This document shows, one piece after another, positions 17,450 through 25,058 of a DNA stretch of 55,158 nucleotides (within the stretch, counting starts at the first letter, position 1; every line of letters begins with the position of its first letter). The translations under genes were made by a program, and so were the position numbers. The notes beneath the pieces were generated by a model that was not told the origin of the DNA, made no database searches, and saw only the letters and a list, made by a program, of their open reading frames with translations. The stretch comes from Candidatus Eiseniibacteriota bacterium. Its GTDB lineage: Bacteria; Arandabacterota; Arandabacteria; JAGLYR01. The DNA lies in contig JAGLYR010000046.1 in NCBI GenBank assembly GCA_023132135.1, forward strand, positions 1 through 55,158, given 5' to 3'.

Positions 17450-20400
17450 CGGTTGATATCTTTTCCGCGAACTTCTCGAAATTGTTGGCCACAGTGAATC
17501 CCACTTCTGTTCCGAGCGCCTTGAAGTGCTCACGACCGCAATCGATCTTTGCCTGCTCCGTCGGCCGGAGGGCATCGGAGAACAGACCGCCCTTAGTCTC
17601 CACCACGAAGTACAGCCGCTCCCGGCCTTCCATCTCGACCAAAACCGCCCAGTCAGGGTTGTAGCTGCCCAGCGGCGTATCGATCTTGAACCATCCCGGC
17701 AGCTTGGCGTAGACCTTCATGTCGTCGCTTAGCTCGAACGACCGGGCAAACTCCTCCTCCACGCCCGAGTCGTAAACGACATGGTCGAAGACCGACTTCT
17801 TGCTTTCCAGCATGTTCTTGCTGAGGTAACCGTACAGTTCGTTTTCCGCGAAGAGTTCCTGCGCGTAGTAGTACTCGTCGCCGAGCCTCTGGTACTTGAT
17901 GCCGTCGACGATGAACAGCTGCATCTGGTGGTTGATGATTGCTGACACCTGCTCGATGTACTTCTGCGGGTTGTTCTTAAAATCCTGGAGCCGGTCGCTC
18001 CGCTTCATGATCTCCACCAATGTTCGCCGGGTTAGGTTCGTCTCGTTTTGAAGGTAGCTGACTACATCTGGAAGCTGATAGTCGCGAGCCCCGTAGACGG
18101 CTGCGCTCTCATAAACGACTTCAGCCTGGACTCCGCCTCGATCTACGTCAAGGCGTGCCTTGCGAGTGATGAATCGGGCCCGGCCGACCACCAACGATTT
18201 CTGGATTTCTGCAGCGCATTTCTCGATCAACTTGGCCGAATCGAATTCCACGCGGAAGGTTGTCCGATACTTGATCCTATCCCACAACTGCTTGAATTCT
18301 TCGCCAAGGTACACCGCCTTGTTAAGCTTGACCAGTTTGCGGTCGTCGGCGTTCTTGATGTTCAGCTTACCGGCAACCTTTCGCAACACTGCGGTGATCT
18401 GCGCGACGTGGTCCTTCACCTCCTCCGGCAGGTTGACTTTGTCGGCCTTTAGGTCTGTTCGGAGCGAGTCCTGGACCTTCCCGTTCGCGTCGATGTAGCC
18501 CTTGGCCTTCAGGTGATCCCACACCTTCTGCGAGGTCTCCACCCCCAGGTACTCGGTCCGGTGATCGTCAGTCAGAACCGGGATGTTGGCGAACAGGTGC
18601 CTCTCGACGACGCCGAACCTGATGCCTTCTTCCTCTTCAATCTCCTTCTGCAACTGCCGGGCGAAATCCTCATAGGATTCATTAGCCATCACGGTCAGCC
18701 TGTTCACGTCGAAGCCGTGAACTCTTTTGCCCTGCTGGTTGACGGCGATTCGCAGCCCCCGTCCGATCTCTTGTCGTTTCTTCATAACCGAACTCGTCTC
18801 GTTGAGCGTGCATATCTGGAAGACGTTCGGGTTATCCCAGCCTTCCCTCAAGGCCGAGTGCGAGAAGATGAACTTCAGCTTCGAGTCAAAACTGAGCAGC
18901 CGCTCCTTGTTCCGCATGATGAGTTGGTAGGCGCTCGCGTCAGCCTGCGTCGTCCCCGCCCCGCGAGACTCCTTGAGCATGCCGTCCCCGGTCGCATCCT
19001 TCTTCTTGTCCACTGCAAAGTAGCCGTCATGGACGCCCTCGGCCGCTGTCTCCAGGTCCGCTCCCTCGAACAGGATGTGATACTTCGGCTTGCGGATCGC
19101 CCGGGCGTATTCCTCCTCGAACATCCAGGCGTACTTGCCTGGTTGCGAGTTGCCATCATCGTCGTACCAGCGATAATTCGCCACTCGGTCGATAAAGAAC
19201 AGGCTCAGCACCTTGAGACCCTGCGGCCGGAGCTGCATCTCCTTGTCCAGGTGTTCCTCAATGGTCTTGCGAATCTGGAGCCGCTTGTACTCGTCGTCGT
19301 TGACCTCGCCGATGGCTTGGTTCAGCCGCACGATTTCCGGCTTGCTGGTGAAGCTGATGTACTCGTTGCCCTTCTCGCAGTAGATATCCTCGATGATGTA
19401 GCCGTCGTACACGTTTCTGCCGCCGGAGAGGTCCAGTAGGTCATCGCCGCTGCGGACCCACTTCTTCTTTCGGGCCACTTCGCCGTTCCGCTGGACAATA
19501 TCCAGATCGATGTGAGCGCGGATCGGGCTTCTTCTGTTGTCCACCTTCAGGAGCTTGATGTACGCCTTGTTGTGGCTGTCCCGCACCTCAATACTCGCCA
19601 CCTCAATCTGCTTGACCAACTTCCGCTCGTAGGCGTCCACCGAATCGAGCCTGTACATCATGTGGTGCTTGTCGATGTGGGTCGCCGAATAACGAAGCGT
19701 GCAGAGAGGATTGAGCGACGCGATGGCCTCTTTGCTTTTTTCGGTCGTGGCCACGCTCTGCGGCTCGTCGATGATGACGATGGCACTTGTCGCCTGGATA
19801 AACTCGATTGGGCGGCTGCCGGTCATCCGGTCGTGGGGCCGGTGAATGATATTGGCCTTGTCTTCCTTCTCGGGGTCGGTGAAGCTCTTGCGGAAGGCGT
19901 CGATATTGATAACCATGATCTGAATGTAGTCGCTGGTGGCGAAGTTGCGCACCTGGCCGAGCTTCTGCGAGTCGTACACGAAGTAGTCGAACTGGACGTT
20001 ATCGTAGAGCCCCTTGAAGTGCTCCTCTGTCATCTGAAGTGACTTGTAAACGCCCTCCTTGATGGCCACGGAGGGCACCACGATGATGAACTTCGTGAAG
20101 CCATACAGCCGGTTCATCTCGAAGATCGTGCGCAGGTAAACGTAGGTCTTGCCCGTGCCAGTCTCCATCTCCACCGTGAAGTCCATCGAGCCGAGCACCT
20201 CCGAGGGGGCCAGCCCGTTGCGGAGCTGGACCGCCTTGACGTTCTCATGGATGTCCTCGTCCAGGAGGCGCAGGCGGTTGCCGATGCCAAGGTCATTCTG
20301 ATCCATTCCAGCAAACAAGCCGTCCATCTGCTTCAGCGGGGCAACTGTGAAGTTTGTCCGGCAGATCTCCTGGCCGTCGAAGAGGTCCACGACGGCACTG

Positions 20401-20450
20401 ATTGCTTCGCGCTGAAAGTCCAGATTGGGATCGAATTGAATCTTCATCAT
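17433..20450 (-). CDS. res: type III restriction enzyme Res subunit (SF2 helicase plus PD-(D/E)xK nuclease)
   Basis: Start MMKIQFDPNLDFQREAISAVVDLFDGQ (ATG at 20448-20450) within ORF 17433..20669. Walker A METGTGKTYVY, DExx box VIIDEPQS, helicase C block SHSALREGWDNPNVF. C-terminal nuclease motif YNPDWAVLVE..LYFVVETKG. Confidence 0.9.
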   Translation of the reverse strand: MMKIQFDPNLDFQREAISAVVDLFDGQEICRTNFTVAPLKQMDGLFAGMDQNDLGIGNRLRLLDEDIHENVKAVQLRNGLAPSEVLGSMDFTVEMETGTGKTYVYLRTIFEMNRLYGFTKFIIVVPSVAIKEGVYKSLQMTEEHFKGLYDNVQFDYFVYDSQKLGQVRNFATSDYIQIMVINIDAFRKSFTDPEKEDKANIIHRPHDRMTGSRPIEFIQATSAIVIIDEPQSVATTEKSKEAIASLNPLCTLRYSATHIDKHHMMYRLDSVDAYERKLVKQIEVASIEVRDSHNKAYIKLLKVDNRRSPIRAHIDLDIVQRNGEVARKKKWVRSGDDLLDLSGGRNVYDGYIIEDIYCEKGNEYISFTSKPEIVRLNQAIGEVNDDEYKRLQIRKTIEEHLDKEMQLRPQGLKVLSLFFIDRVANYRWYDDDGNSQPGKYAWMFEEEYARAIRKPKYHILFEGADLETAAEGVHDGYFAVDKKKDATGDGMLKESRGAGTTQADASAYQLIMRNKERLLSFDSKLKFIFSHSALREGWDNPNVFQICTLNETSSVMKKRQEIGRGLRIAVNQQGKRVHGFDVNRLTVMANESYEDFARQLQKEIEEEEGIRFGVVERHLFANIPVLTDDHRTEYLGVETSQKVWDHLKAKGYIDANGKVQDSLRTDLKADKVNLPEEVKDHVAQITAVLRKVAGKLNIKNADDRKLVKLNKAVYLGEEFKQLWDRIKYRTTFRVEFDSAKLIEKCAAEIQKSLVVGRARFITRKARLDVDRGGVQAEVVYESAAVYGARDYQLPDVVSYLQNETNLTRRTLVEIMKRSDRLQDFKNNPQKYIEQVSAIINHQMQLFIVDGIKYQRLGDEYYYAQELFAENELYGYLSKNMLESKKSVFDHVVYDSGVEEEFARSFELSDDMKVYAKLPGWFKIDTPLGSYNPDWAVLVEMEGRERLYFVVETKGGLFSDALRPTEQAKIDCGREHFKALGTEVGFTVANNFEKFAEKISTDDKTS

Positions 20451-20479
20451 ATTCTCTACCTTCGTCGTTTCCAAGTTGG

Positions 20480-21562
20480 TCAGTACCAGCCGTAAAGTCT
20501 GATTCCGTGCTTGCGTGTCATCGTTCGACACCAGGAATCTAGGGCGTAGGACTTGGCAACGACGTCGTCCAATTCCATTCCCGGCCTCAAGATCCGAAGA
20601 CGGATCGGAGCGCCGCCTTGCAATCCGCGCTCCACGAGGGCAATGCCGTTGTGATGTGCTCTTGCCCATTGAACGTTCTTTGTATCGTTCGGCACGTTCA
20701 AGCGAAACATGTTGTTATCCTTGTAGTAATTGTATTTCATTTGGCACGTCCGATTATCATCGGGACATGACACCTGCAGGTAGCCATCCCGACTCGTTCG
20801 CCTGCCGACAAGCCTCCGTATGACCTCGCCTGCGGCGCGAGGAAACTCAACCTGAAACATGTAGTCCCCAGTGAAAGATTGAAGGCCGGCCCACGCGGCA
20901 ACGGCGAAGACATTGCCAACCACACCCTTGCGCGGGGAACGCTGGCGACGGACTTCCGCAACAGAGCGGTGTTTCCGCCCATCGCTTACACCGAGGGCGT
21001 CAAGCTCTCCCGCGCTCCGTTTCCGATTTTTTTCGGCAAATGAGGCCGCATAGTCATTGAGGGCCACCTTGTCGGCAGCAGCAGCCCGTGACCACAATTC
21101 CTGGAAGGCGGACGATGCATCATCCACACAATCGTCGCCCGTCGATATCAGGCTGCACTCCGTGTTCTTCGACAGTCCACAGAGAGTGAGGTTCGCCGAC
21201 CCAATGCACACAAAACAGGGTTTCACAACGCCACCAGCCCTGTTGAAGCGGTCCCCGCCCACCATCAGCTTGGGGTGAAAAATGGCCGGCGGTGCCGGCA
21301 ACTTCCCCAGCTTCACTTTCCACCCTTGAGATTTCGCAATATTCAAAGCCTCGGGGTGTGTGATAAAGTGACTCGTGCCAGCAACCAAGCGACATTGCCC
21401 TACGCCAAGGCGTGCCATCGCCTTTGTCAACTTATCGAGGCCATCGGTGGTTACAAACGCCGATACAATACCAAGCACGCGAGGACGTGCTTCGCGGAGA
21501 CACGTACGGATCTTCTCATCAAGCAACTGCCCGTACCCGCTGTTTACGATGGCTTGCGACAC
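20480..21562 (-). CDS. phospholipase D (HKD) superfamily nuclease with uncharacterised C-terminal domain
   Basis: 360 aa. A single HKD-like motif FHPKLMVGGD, then CIGSANLT, within roughly the first 165 aa. Residues about 200-360 (FQVEFPRAAGEVIRRL..YLQVSCPDDNRTCQMKYNYYKDNNMFRLNVP..IRLRILRPG..YGWY) match no family I recognise. Lies between mod (49-nt gap) and res (29-nt gap). Confidence 0.8.
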   Translation of the reverse strand: MSQAIVNSGYGQLLDEKIRTCLREARPRVLGIVSAFVTTDGLDKLTKAMARLGVGQCRLVAGTSHFITHPEALNIAKSQGWKVKLGKLPAPPAIFHPKLMVGGDRFNRAGGVVKPCFVCIGSANLTLCGLSKNTECSLISTGDDCVDDASSAFQELWSRAAAADKVALNDYAASFAEKNRKRSAGELDALGVSDGRKHRSVAEVRRQRSPRKGVVGNVFAVAAWAGLQSFTGDYMFQVEFPRAAGEVIRRLVGRRTSRDGYLQVSCPDDNRTCQMKYNYYKDNNMFRLNVPNDTKNVQWARAHHNGIALVERGLQGGAPIRLRILRPGMELDDVVAKSYALDSWCRTMTRKHGIRLYGWY

Positions 21563-21611
21563 GATCCTGTATCTCCTTTCCCGACGCTGCGCGTCCGTTC
21601 TTCAATATCGC

Positions 21612-23528
21612 TTACAAGCTCTTCATAGCCTCAATTCCCGCCTGCCGTAGGATCTGAACGGCGTTCGTTTTCACAACGTCCTCCTTGAAGCCGGCATCCT
21701 TGAAAATAACACGCATGATCTCCGGTGCTAGCTCCGCCTTCAGTGCCGCGATGCCCTCAACCAAATCCAGGGTCACGCCGTCGGCTAGGCATACCACCAA
21801 GGCACCCGCACCAATGATGCAAACCATCTTGCCGTCGATCTTTCGCTCTTCTATTGGCACGGCCAGATCCAGGCCGTACTTCACCAACAGCTCGTAGAGA
21901 ACATCTCCTTCGCTACGATCGCTCTTAATGTTATCGACGGCGTTGAGGAGCGTTTCCTGCAAGTTTTCGAAGTCAGGGTCCCATGGTCTGATGTTGCTGG
22001 AATCCAACTTGAACACCTTGACCCCAAGGTCCAGGTCATGGTCATGAGCTTCATCATCCATTCCTGGCAGCGCCAATTCCGCCTCTGCGACCTTCATGTC
22101 CCGATCGGCTTCGATCTTCTGAATCACTCGGCGAATGCGCTCCTTGCCAACGTCGGCGATCGTCTTGAATCCGGCTTTGTAGGCCGCTGACTTCTTGTCA
22201 CATGGCTCCTGGATCTGCACCATCAAGAAACGTCGCGTTCCGCCATCTTCCACGTTCATCTCGAGTACCGCTTGTGCAGCCGTGCACGACCCGGCAAAGA
22301 AGTCGAGGATGATGGAGTCGGCCGCACATGAGTGTTCGATGGCACGACGGATCATGAGCACCGGCTTTGGGTTGTCGAATACCTTTTCGGCAATCAACGC
22401 GCGGAGATCGCGTGTCCCGTCGTCTGTGTTCCCAGCGTAGTCATGTGGCCAGAAGTTGACCGGCGTTAGGCCGCGCGCGTCGGAAAGGAACATCTTGATC
22501 GACGGCACCGCCTGCGTGCCGTCACTTCCCCAATACAACCGATTGTCCGCCAAAAGGCGCTCGTATTCCTCGCGGCTACGCCGCCATGCATGCGTCGTGG
22601 TTTCCGTCACATGTTTCGTGTTCGGGTTCTCGATTGGGTAGCACAAGTTCGGCCGCTGATCCGGTGTCGCCGGATTCAGAAACGATGCGCCCTTCCAAGG
22701 GCCCCGCAGATCATTGTCCGGATTGCCGTACCGCGCGTCGGCCTCCTCCGTCCGAGGCAGCAGGTTCACCATAAACGCCTCCGATTTTGCGTAGACGATC
22801 AGGTGCTCTACCACCGTCGTGAAATCCACTGTGTTGTTGCTCCGCGTGTATCGCTTCTGCCAAGCGATATCAGCCTTGAAGTTCTCCTCCCCGAAGATCT
22901 CGTTGCAGACATGCCGCAGATTATGCGCCTCATGGTCATCAATGGAGATGAAGATCGCGCCGTCATCGCGCAACAAATTGCGGGCAAGCTTCAGCCGCGG
23001 GTACATCATGTTCAGCCAGTTGGTGTGGTAGCGTCCAGATGTCTCAGCGTTTACAGTTAGTTTCCGACCTTCTTCATCCGTCTGTCCTGTCAGCTCCATG
23101 TAGTTCTTGATATTGTCACGGAAGTCGTCGGGATAGATGAAATCCCCACCGGTGTTGTACGGCGGGTCGATGTAGATCATCTTGACCTTCTTATGGTAAG
23201 ATTTCTGGAACAGCTTGAGGACTTCCATGTTGTCGCCTTCGACAAAGAGATTTTTTGTCGTGTCCCAGTTGACGGACTCTTCCGGGCATGGCCGGAGCGT
23301 GCCGGTGGACGGCGTCTGGGCGATGCGGCGTGCCCGAGCCTTCCCGTTCCAGGTGAAACTGTAGCGTTCCTGGCGGTCGTCAGCATATTCGCCGAGCGTC
23401 TCGCGCAGGGCGTCGAGGTCGACCCTTCCCTCCGTGAAGACGTCGGGGAAGAGCGCCTTCAGCTTCTCGATATTTTGCCCGACGATGTCGGTCGTTGCGC
23501 CGTCGGCTTTCGGGTCCAGCTTTTCCAT
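21612..23528 (-). CDS. mod: type III R-M Mod subunit (beta-class N6-adenine/N4-cytosine DNA methyltransferase)
   Basis: Internal ATG (23526-23528) of ORF 21612..23861, preceded by GGAGG. Begins MEKLDPKADG..ERYSFTWNGK. Motif IV IYIDPPYNTG precedes motif I ILDFFAGSCTAAQAV. C-terminal KVFKLDSSNIRPW..YELLVKYGLDL is typical of type III Mod proteins. Confidence 0.9.
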   Translation of the reverse strand: MEKLDPKADGATTDIVGQNIEKLKALFPDVFTEGRVDLDALRETLGEYADDRQERYSFTWNGKARARRIAQTPSTGTLRPCPEESVNWDTTKNLFVEGDNMEVLKLFQKSYHKKVKMIYIDPPYNTGGDFIYPDDFRDNIKNYMELTGQTDEEGRKLTVNAETSGRYHTNWLNMMYPRLKLARNLLRDDGAIFISIDDHEAHNLRHVCNEIFGEENFKADIAWQKRYTRSNNTVDFTTVVEHLIVYAKSEAFMVNLLPRTEEADARYGNPDNDLRGPWKGASFLNPATPDQRPNLCYPIENPNTKHVTETTTHAWRRSREEYERLLADNRLYWGSDGTQAVPSIKMFLSDARGLTPVNFWPHDYAGNTDDGTRDLRALIAEKVFDNPKPVLMIRRAIEHSCAADSIILDFFAGSCTAAQAVLEMNVEDGGTRRFLMVQIQEPCDKKSAAYKAGFKTIADVGKERIRRVIQKIEADRDMKVAEAELALPGMDDEAHDHDLDLGVKVFKLDSSNIRPWDPDFENLQETLLNAVDNIKSDRSEGDVLYELLVKYGLDLAVPIEERKIDGKMVCIIGAGALVVCLADGVTLDLVEGIAALKAELAPEIMRVIFKDAGFKEDVVKTNAVQILRQAGIEAMKSL

Positions 23529-23545
23529 GTGTGTTATCCTCCTGC

Positions 23546-23848
23546 CTAAAATCCGGCAGCTTTCTTCTGCAGTTGCTTCTGCATTTCCTTCATCTTCGCA
23601 TTCAGCTCCGCTTGGCGGTTGAACTGCGTTTCCTTGAACGGCTGTCCCTCTCCGGGTACTGCAGCGCTGTCGTTCGAGGGAATGAGGAGACGCAGTGCGC
23701 CTGCCCGCACCAGTTGCTTCTTCAGGGCAGAATAGCCGTAGACGGAGAAGAGGCCGGACAGGATGGCAAGGCGAGCATTCGCCTCTATGCTCTTTGCAAG
23801 AGCATCGCCAACCTTCCCTTGGCCCTTGTTGTCCAGAAGTACGGTCAT
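23546..23848 (-). CDS. hypothetical 100-aa protein (possible N-terminal fragment of a PLD-like/helicase N-domain)
   Basis: MTVLLDNKGQGKVGDALAKSIEANARLAILSGLFSVYGYSALKKQLVRAGALRLLIP. It stops 17 nt before the mod ATG and has a coiled C-terminal tail. Confidence 0.4.
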   Translation of the reverse strand: MTVLLDNKGQGKVGDALAKSIEANARLAILSGLFSVYGYSALKKQLVRAGALRLLIPSNDSAAVPGEGQPFKETQFNRQAELNAKMKEMQKQLQKKAAGF

Positions 23849-23888
23849 CTCTTTCGGTCATCCTCCATCTTCATGGTTATTTCAGCCA

Positions 23889-24101
23889 TCACTCCGGGTC
23901 CCCGGAAGGGCCATCGGCGGAATCCTCACCGTCACCTTGTCGCACCCACTCGTCTACTTCGGACAATTTGAAACGAAACAGTCGGCCGACCCTGTGCGCG
24001 GGGAAACCCTTCTTGCTTGACCAGCGATACACAGAGTCTTTGTTGACGCCGAGATGTGAAGCCACATCCTCGACCCCGACCCAGCGTTCTTCAGCAGTCA
24101 T
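23889..24101 (-). CDS. excisionase-family helix-turn-helix (HTH_17/MerR-like) DNA-binding protein
   Basis: Internal ATG (24099-24101) of ORF 23889..24314. 70 aa with WVGVEDVASHLGVNKDSVYRWSSKKGFPAHRVGRLFRFKLSEVDEWV, the classic HTH_17 pattern. Confidence 0.75.
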   Translation of the reverse strand: MTAEERWVGVEDVASHLGVNKDSVYRWSSKKGFPAHRVGRLFRFKLSEVDEWVRQGDGEDSADGPSGDPE

Positions 24102-24162
24102 TACTATTCCTCTTCGCCAGTTCTCAGCCAGACACCCACGAACACCAACGAAACCAAGCGAA

Positions 24163-24191
24163 AATATATCAAACCAAGCCGTTCCTATCAA
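24163..24191 (-). promoter_or_regulatory. near-consensus sigma70 promoter for the HTH-mod-PLD-res block
   Basis: The minus strand reads TTGATA (24186-24191), 17-nt spacer, TATATT (24163-24168). About 60 nt upstream of the HTH ATG. Confidence 0.45.
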
Positions 24192-24475
24192 GGGCAAAAA
24201 CTGCGCGTGTCGGTGCCGCATCTTGCCATGCCAAAAAATCGGGCCCAAAGTATTGGCGTACAATCGGTTGATATTGCGGGCATGGCCGGGTTTGCCAGGG
24301 ATCAGAAGAAACACATCTGCAAAGGATTAGGTCTAGAAATGTGGCATGGCAAGATCCGACCTCAAGGCCTAAGCGGACCACGGGAGCGGGAAACGCTTTG
24401 ATGCCATTTCCAGAATAGATTCCGCAGACAGCATCTGCGGTTTTCCGGATGGTGTCCGGATTTTCGTCGGCGCCG

Positions 24476-24536
24476 ATTCTATCGACACTGTCGAGAGAAT
24501 TGGATTGTCCAATTCTATCGGCGGTGTCGAGAGAAT
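24476..24536. promoter_or_regulatory. pair of 25-bp operator-like palindromes
   Basis: ATTCTATCGAC-ACT-GTCGAGAGAAT (24476-24500) and ATTCTATCGGC-GGT-GTCGAGAGAAT (24512-24536), joined by the palindromic linker TGGA-TTG-TCCA. Confidence 0.4.
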
Positions 24537-24650
24537 TCGCTAAGGGTACACACCCAGCCAAGGTTACCAGTTCGGATTCGGCAGACGGCGTCTGCCAAAT
24601 CTGGCAGTCACCGCCACAGACTGCTGTGCATTTGTTGCGGGCGCTCGACT

Positions 24651-24803
24651 TCACCTTATGCCCCTTGGCCCCTTTGTGGCCCCTTTCCCCATCTTGTAGA
24701 AAGTTCCCTTGCCGGTTCTGCCTACCTTGTCGAAGATACCCTTCTCTACGAGAAGCCCGCATTTCTCACCAAGCTTCGTCGCGAGGCTGGTGAGAAATGT
24801 GGG
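24651..24803 (-). pseudogene. C-terminal remnant of a winged-helix (RecG-like/AlbA_2-type regulator) gene
   Basis: 50-codon open frame bounded upstream by TAG (24804-24806): PTFLTSLATKLGEKCGLLVEKGIFDKVGRTGKGTFYKMGKGATKGPRGIR. It resembles the ..L.ekGll.rvGkgrgt.Y.. C-terminal wHTH of such proteins (from memory). No upstream coding continuation. Confidence 0.3.
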
Positions 24804-24864
24804 CTAAGGTCGCAACTTGCGACCTTAGCGAACTCTGTGATTCGCAATCGGTTAACGCCGTTCT

Positions 24865-24940
24865 TCGGGATTGCGGGACGTGAGTCCCGAAATCCCGAGA
24901 AGAACTCCTTCGTGGGCTTCGTGGTCGGAGCTTTTCAGAG
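24865..24940 (+). repeat. composite repeat, copy C: inner palindrome plus CTTCGTG repeat
   Basis: TCGGGATTGCGGGAC-GTGA-GTCCCGAAATCCCGA (24865-24898), then AGAACTCCTTCGTGGGCTTCGTGGTCGGAGCTTTTCAGAG. Same layout as the right half of the 48823-48959 element. Confidence 0.8.
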
Positions 24941-24971
24941 CCCTTCCCCGAGGGGGACGAGAAGATTGATG

Positions 24972-24999
24972 TTGCCTCATCCCCGGCAAGAGATAGAAT
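24972..24999 (+). promoter_or_regulatory. candidate sigma70 promoter for the kinase array (TTGCCT-N16-TAGAAT)
   Basis: TTGCCT at 24972-24977, 16-nt spacer, TAGAAT at 24994-24999. About 60 nt upstream of the first kinase ATG. Confidence 0.35.
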
Positions 25000-25058
25000 G
25001 ATGGGGTGGTCGAAGATTGTTGTCGCCGTCGCCTCCCTTCTGTCCTCGGTGGTAGCCC

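Noticed and set aside
21612-23861. N-terminal extensions of ORF-track entries (mod to 23861, res to 20669, MFP to 8034, TetR to 10243, TolC to 9383, PP2C from 27868, K5 from 36809)
   Set aside because: The extensions are Arg/Pro-rich, overlap the upstream gene and lack an RBS. Internal ATGs give canonical family N-termini, RBSs and/or exact ATGA overlaps with the upstream stop.
24220-24355. TGGCATGGCAAGAT as sigma54 -24/-12 promoters
   Set aside because: The GG-to-GC spacing does not fit the consensus, since no GC lies 12 nt after the GG. It is better described as a 14-bp inverted repeat pair.
24169-24762. 197-aa minus-strand ORF and 114-aa plus-strand ORF (24449..24793) in the island/kinase junction
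   Set aside because: Low-complexity translations with no RBS, spanning multiple palindromes and repeat copies. Treated as non-coding.
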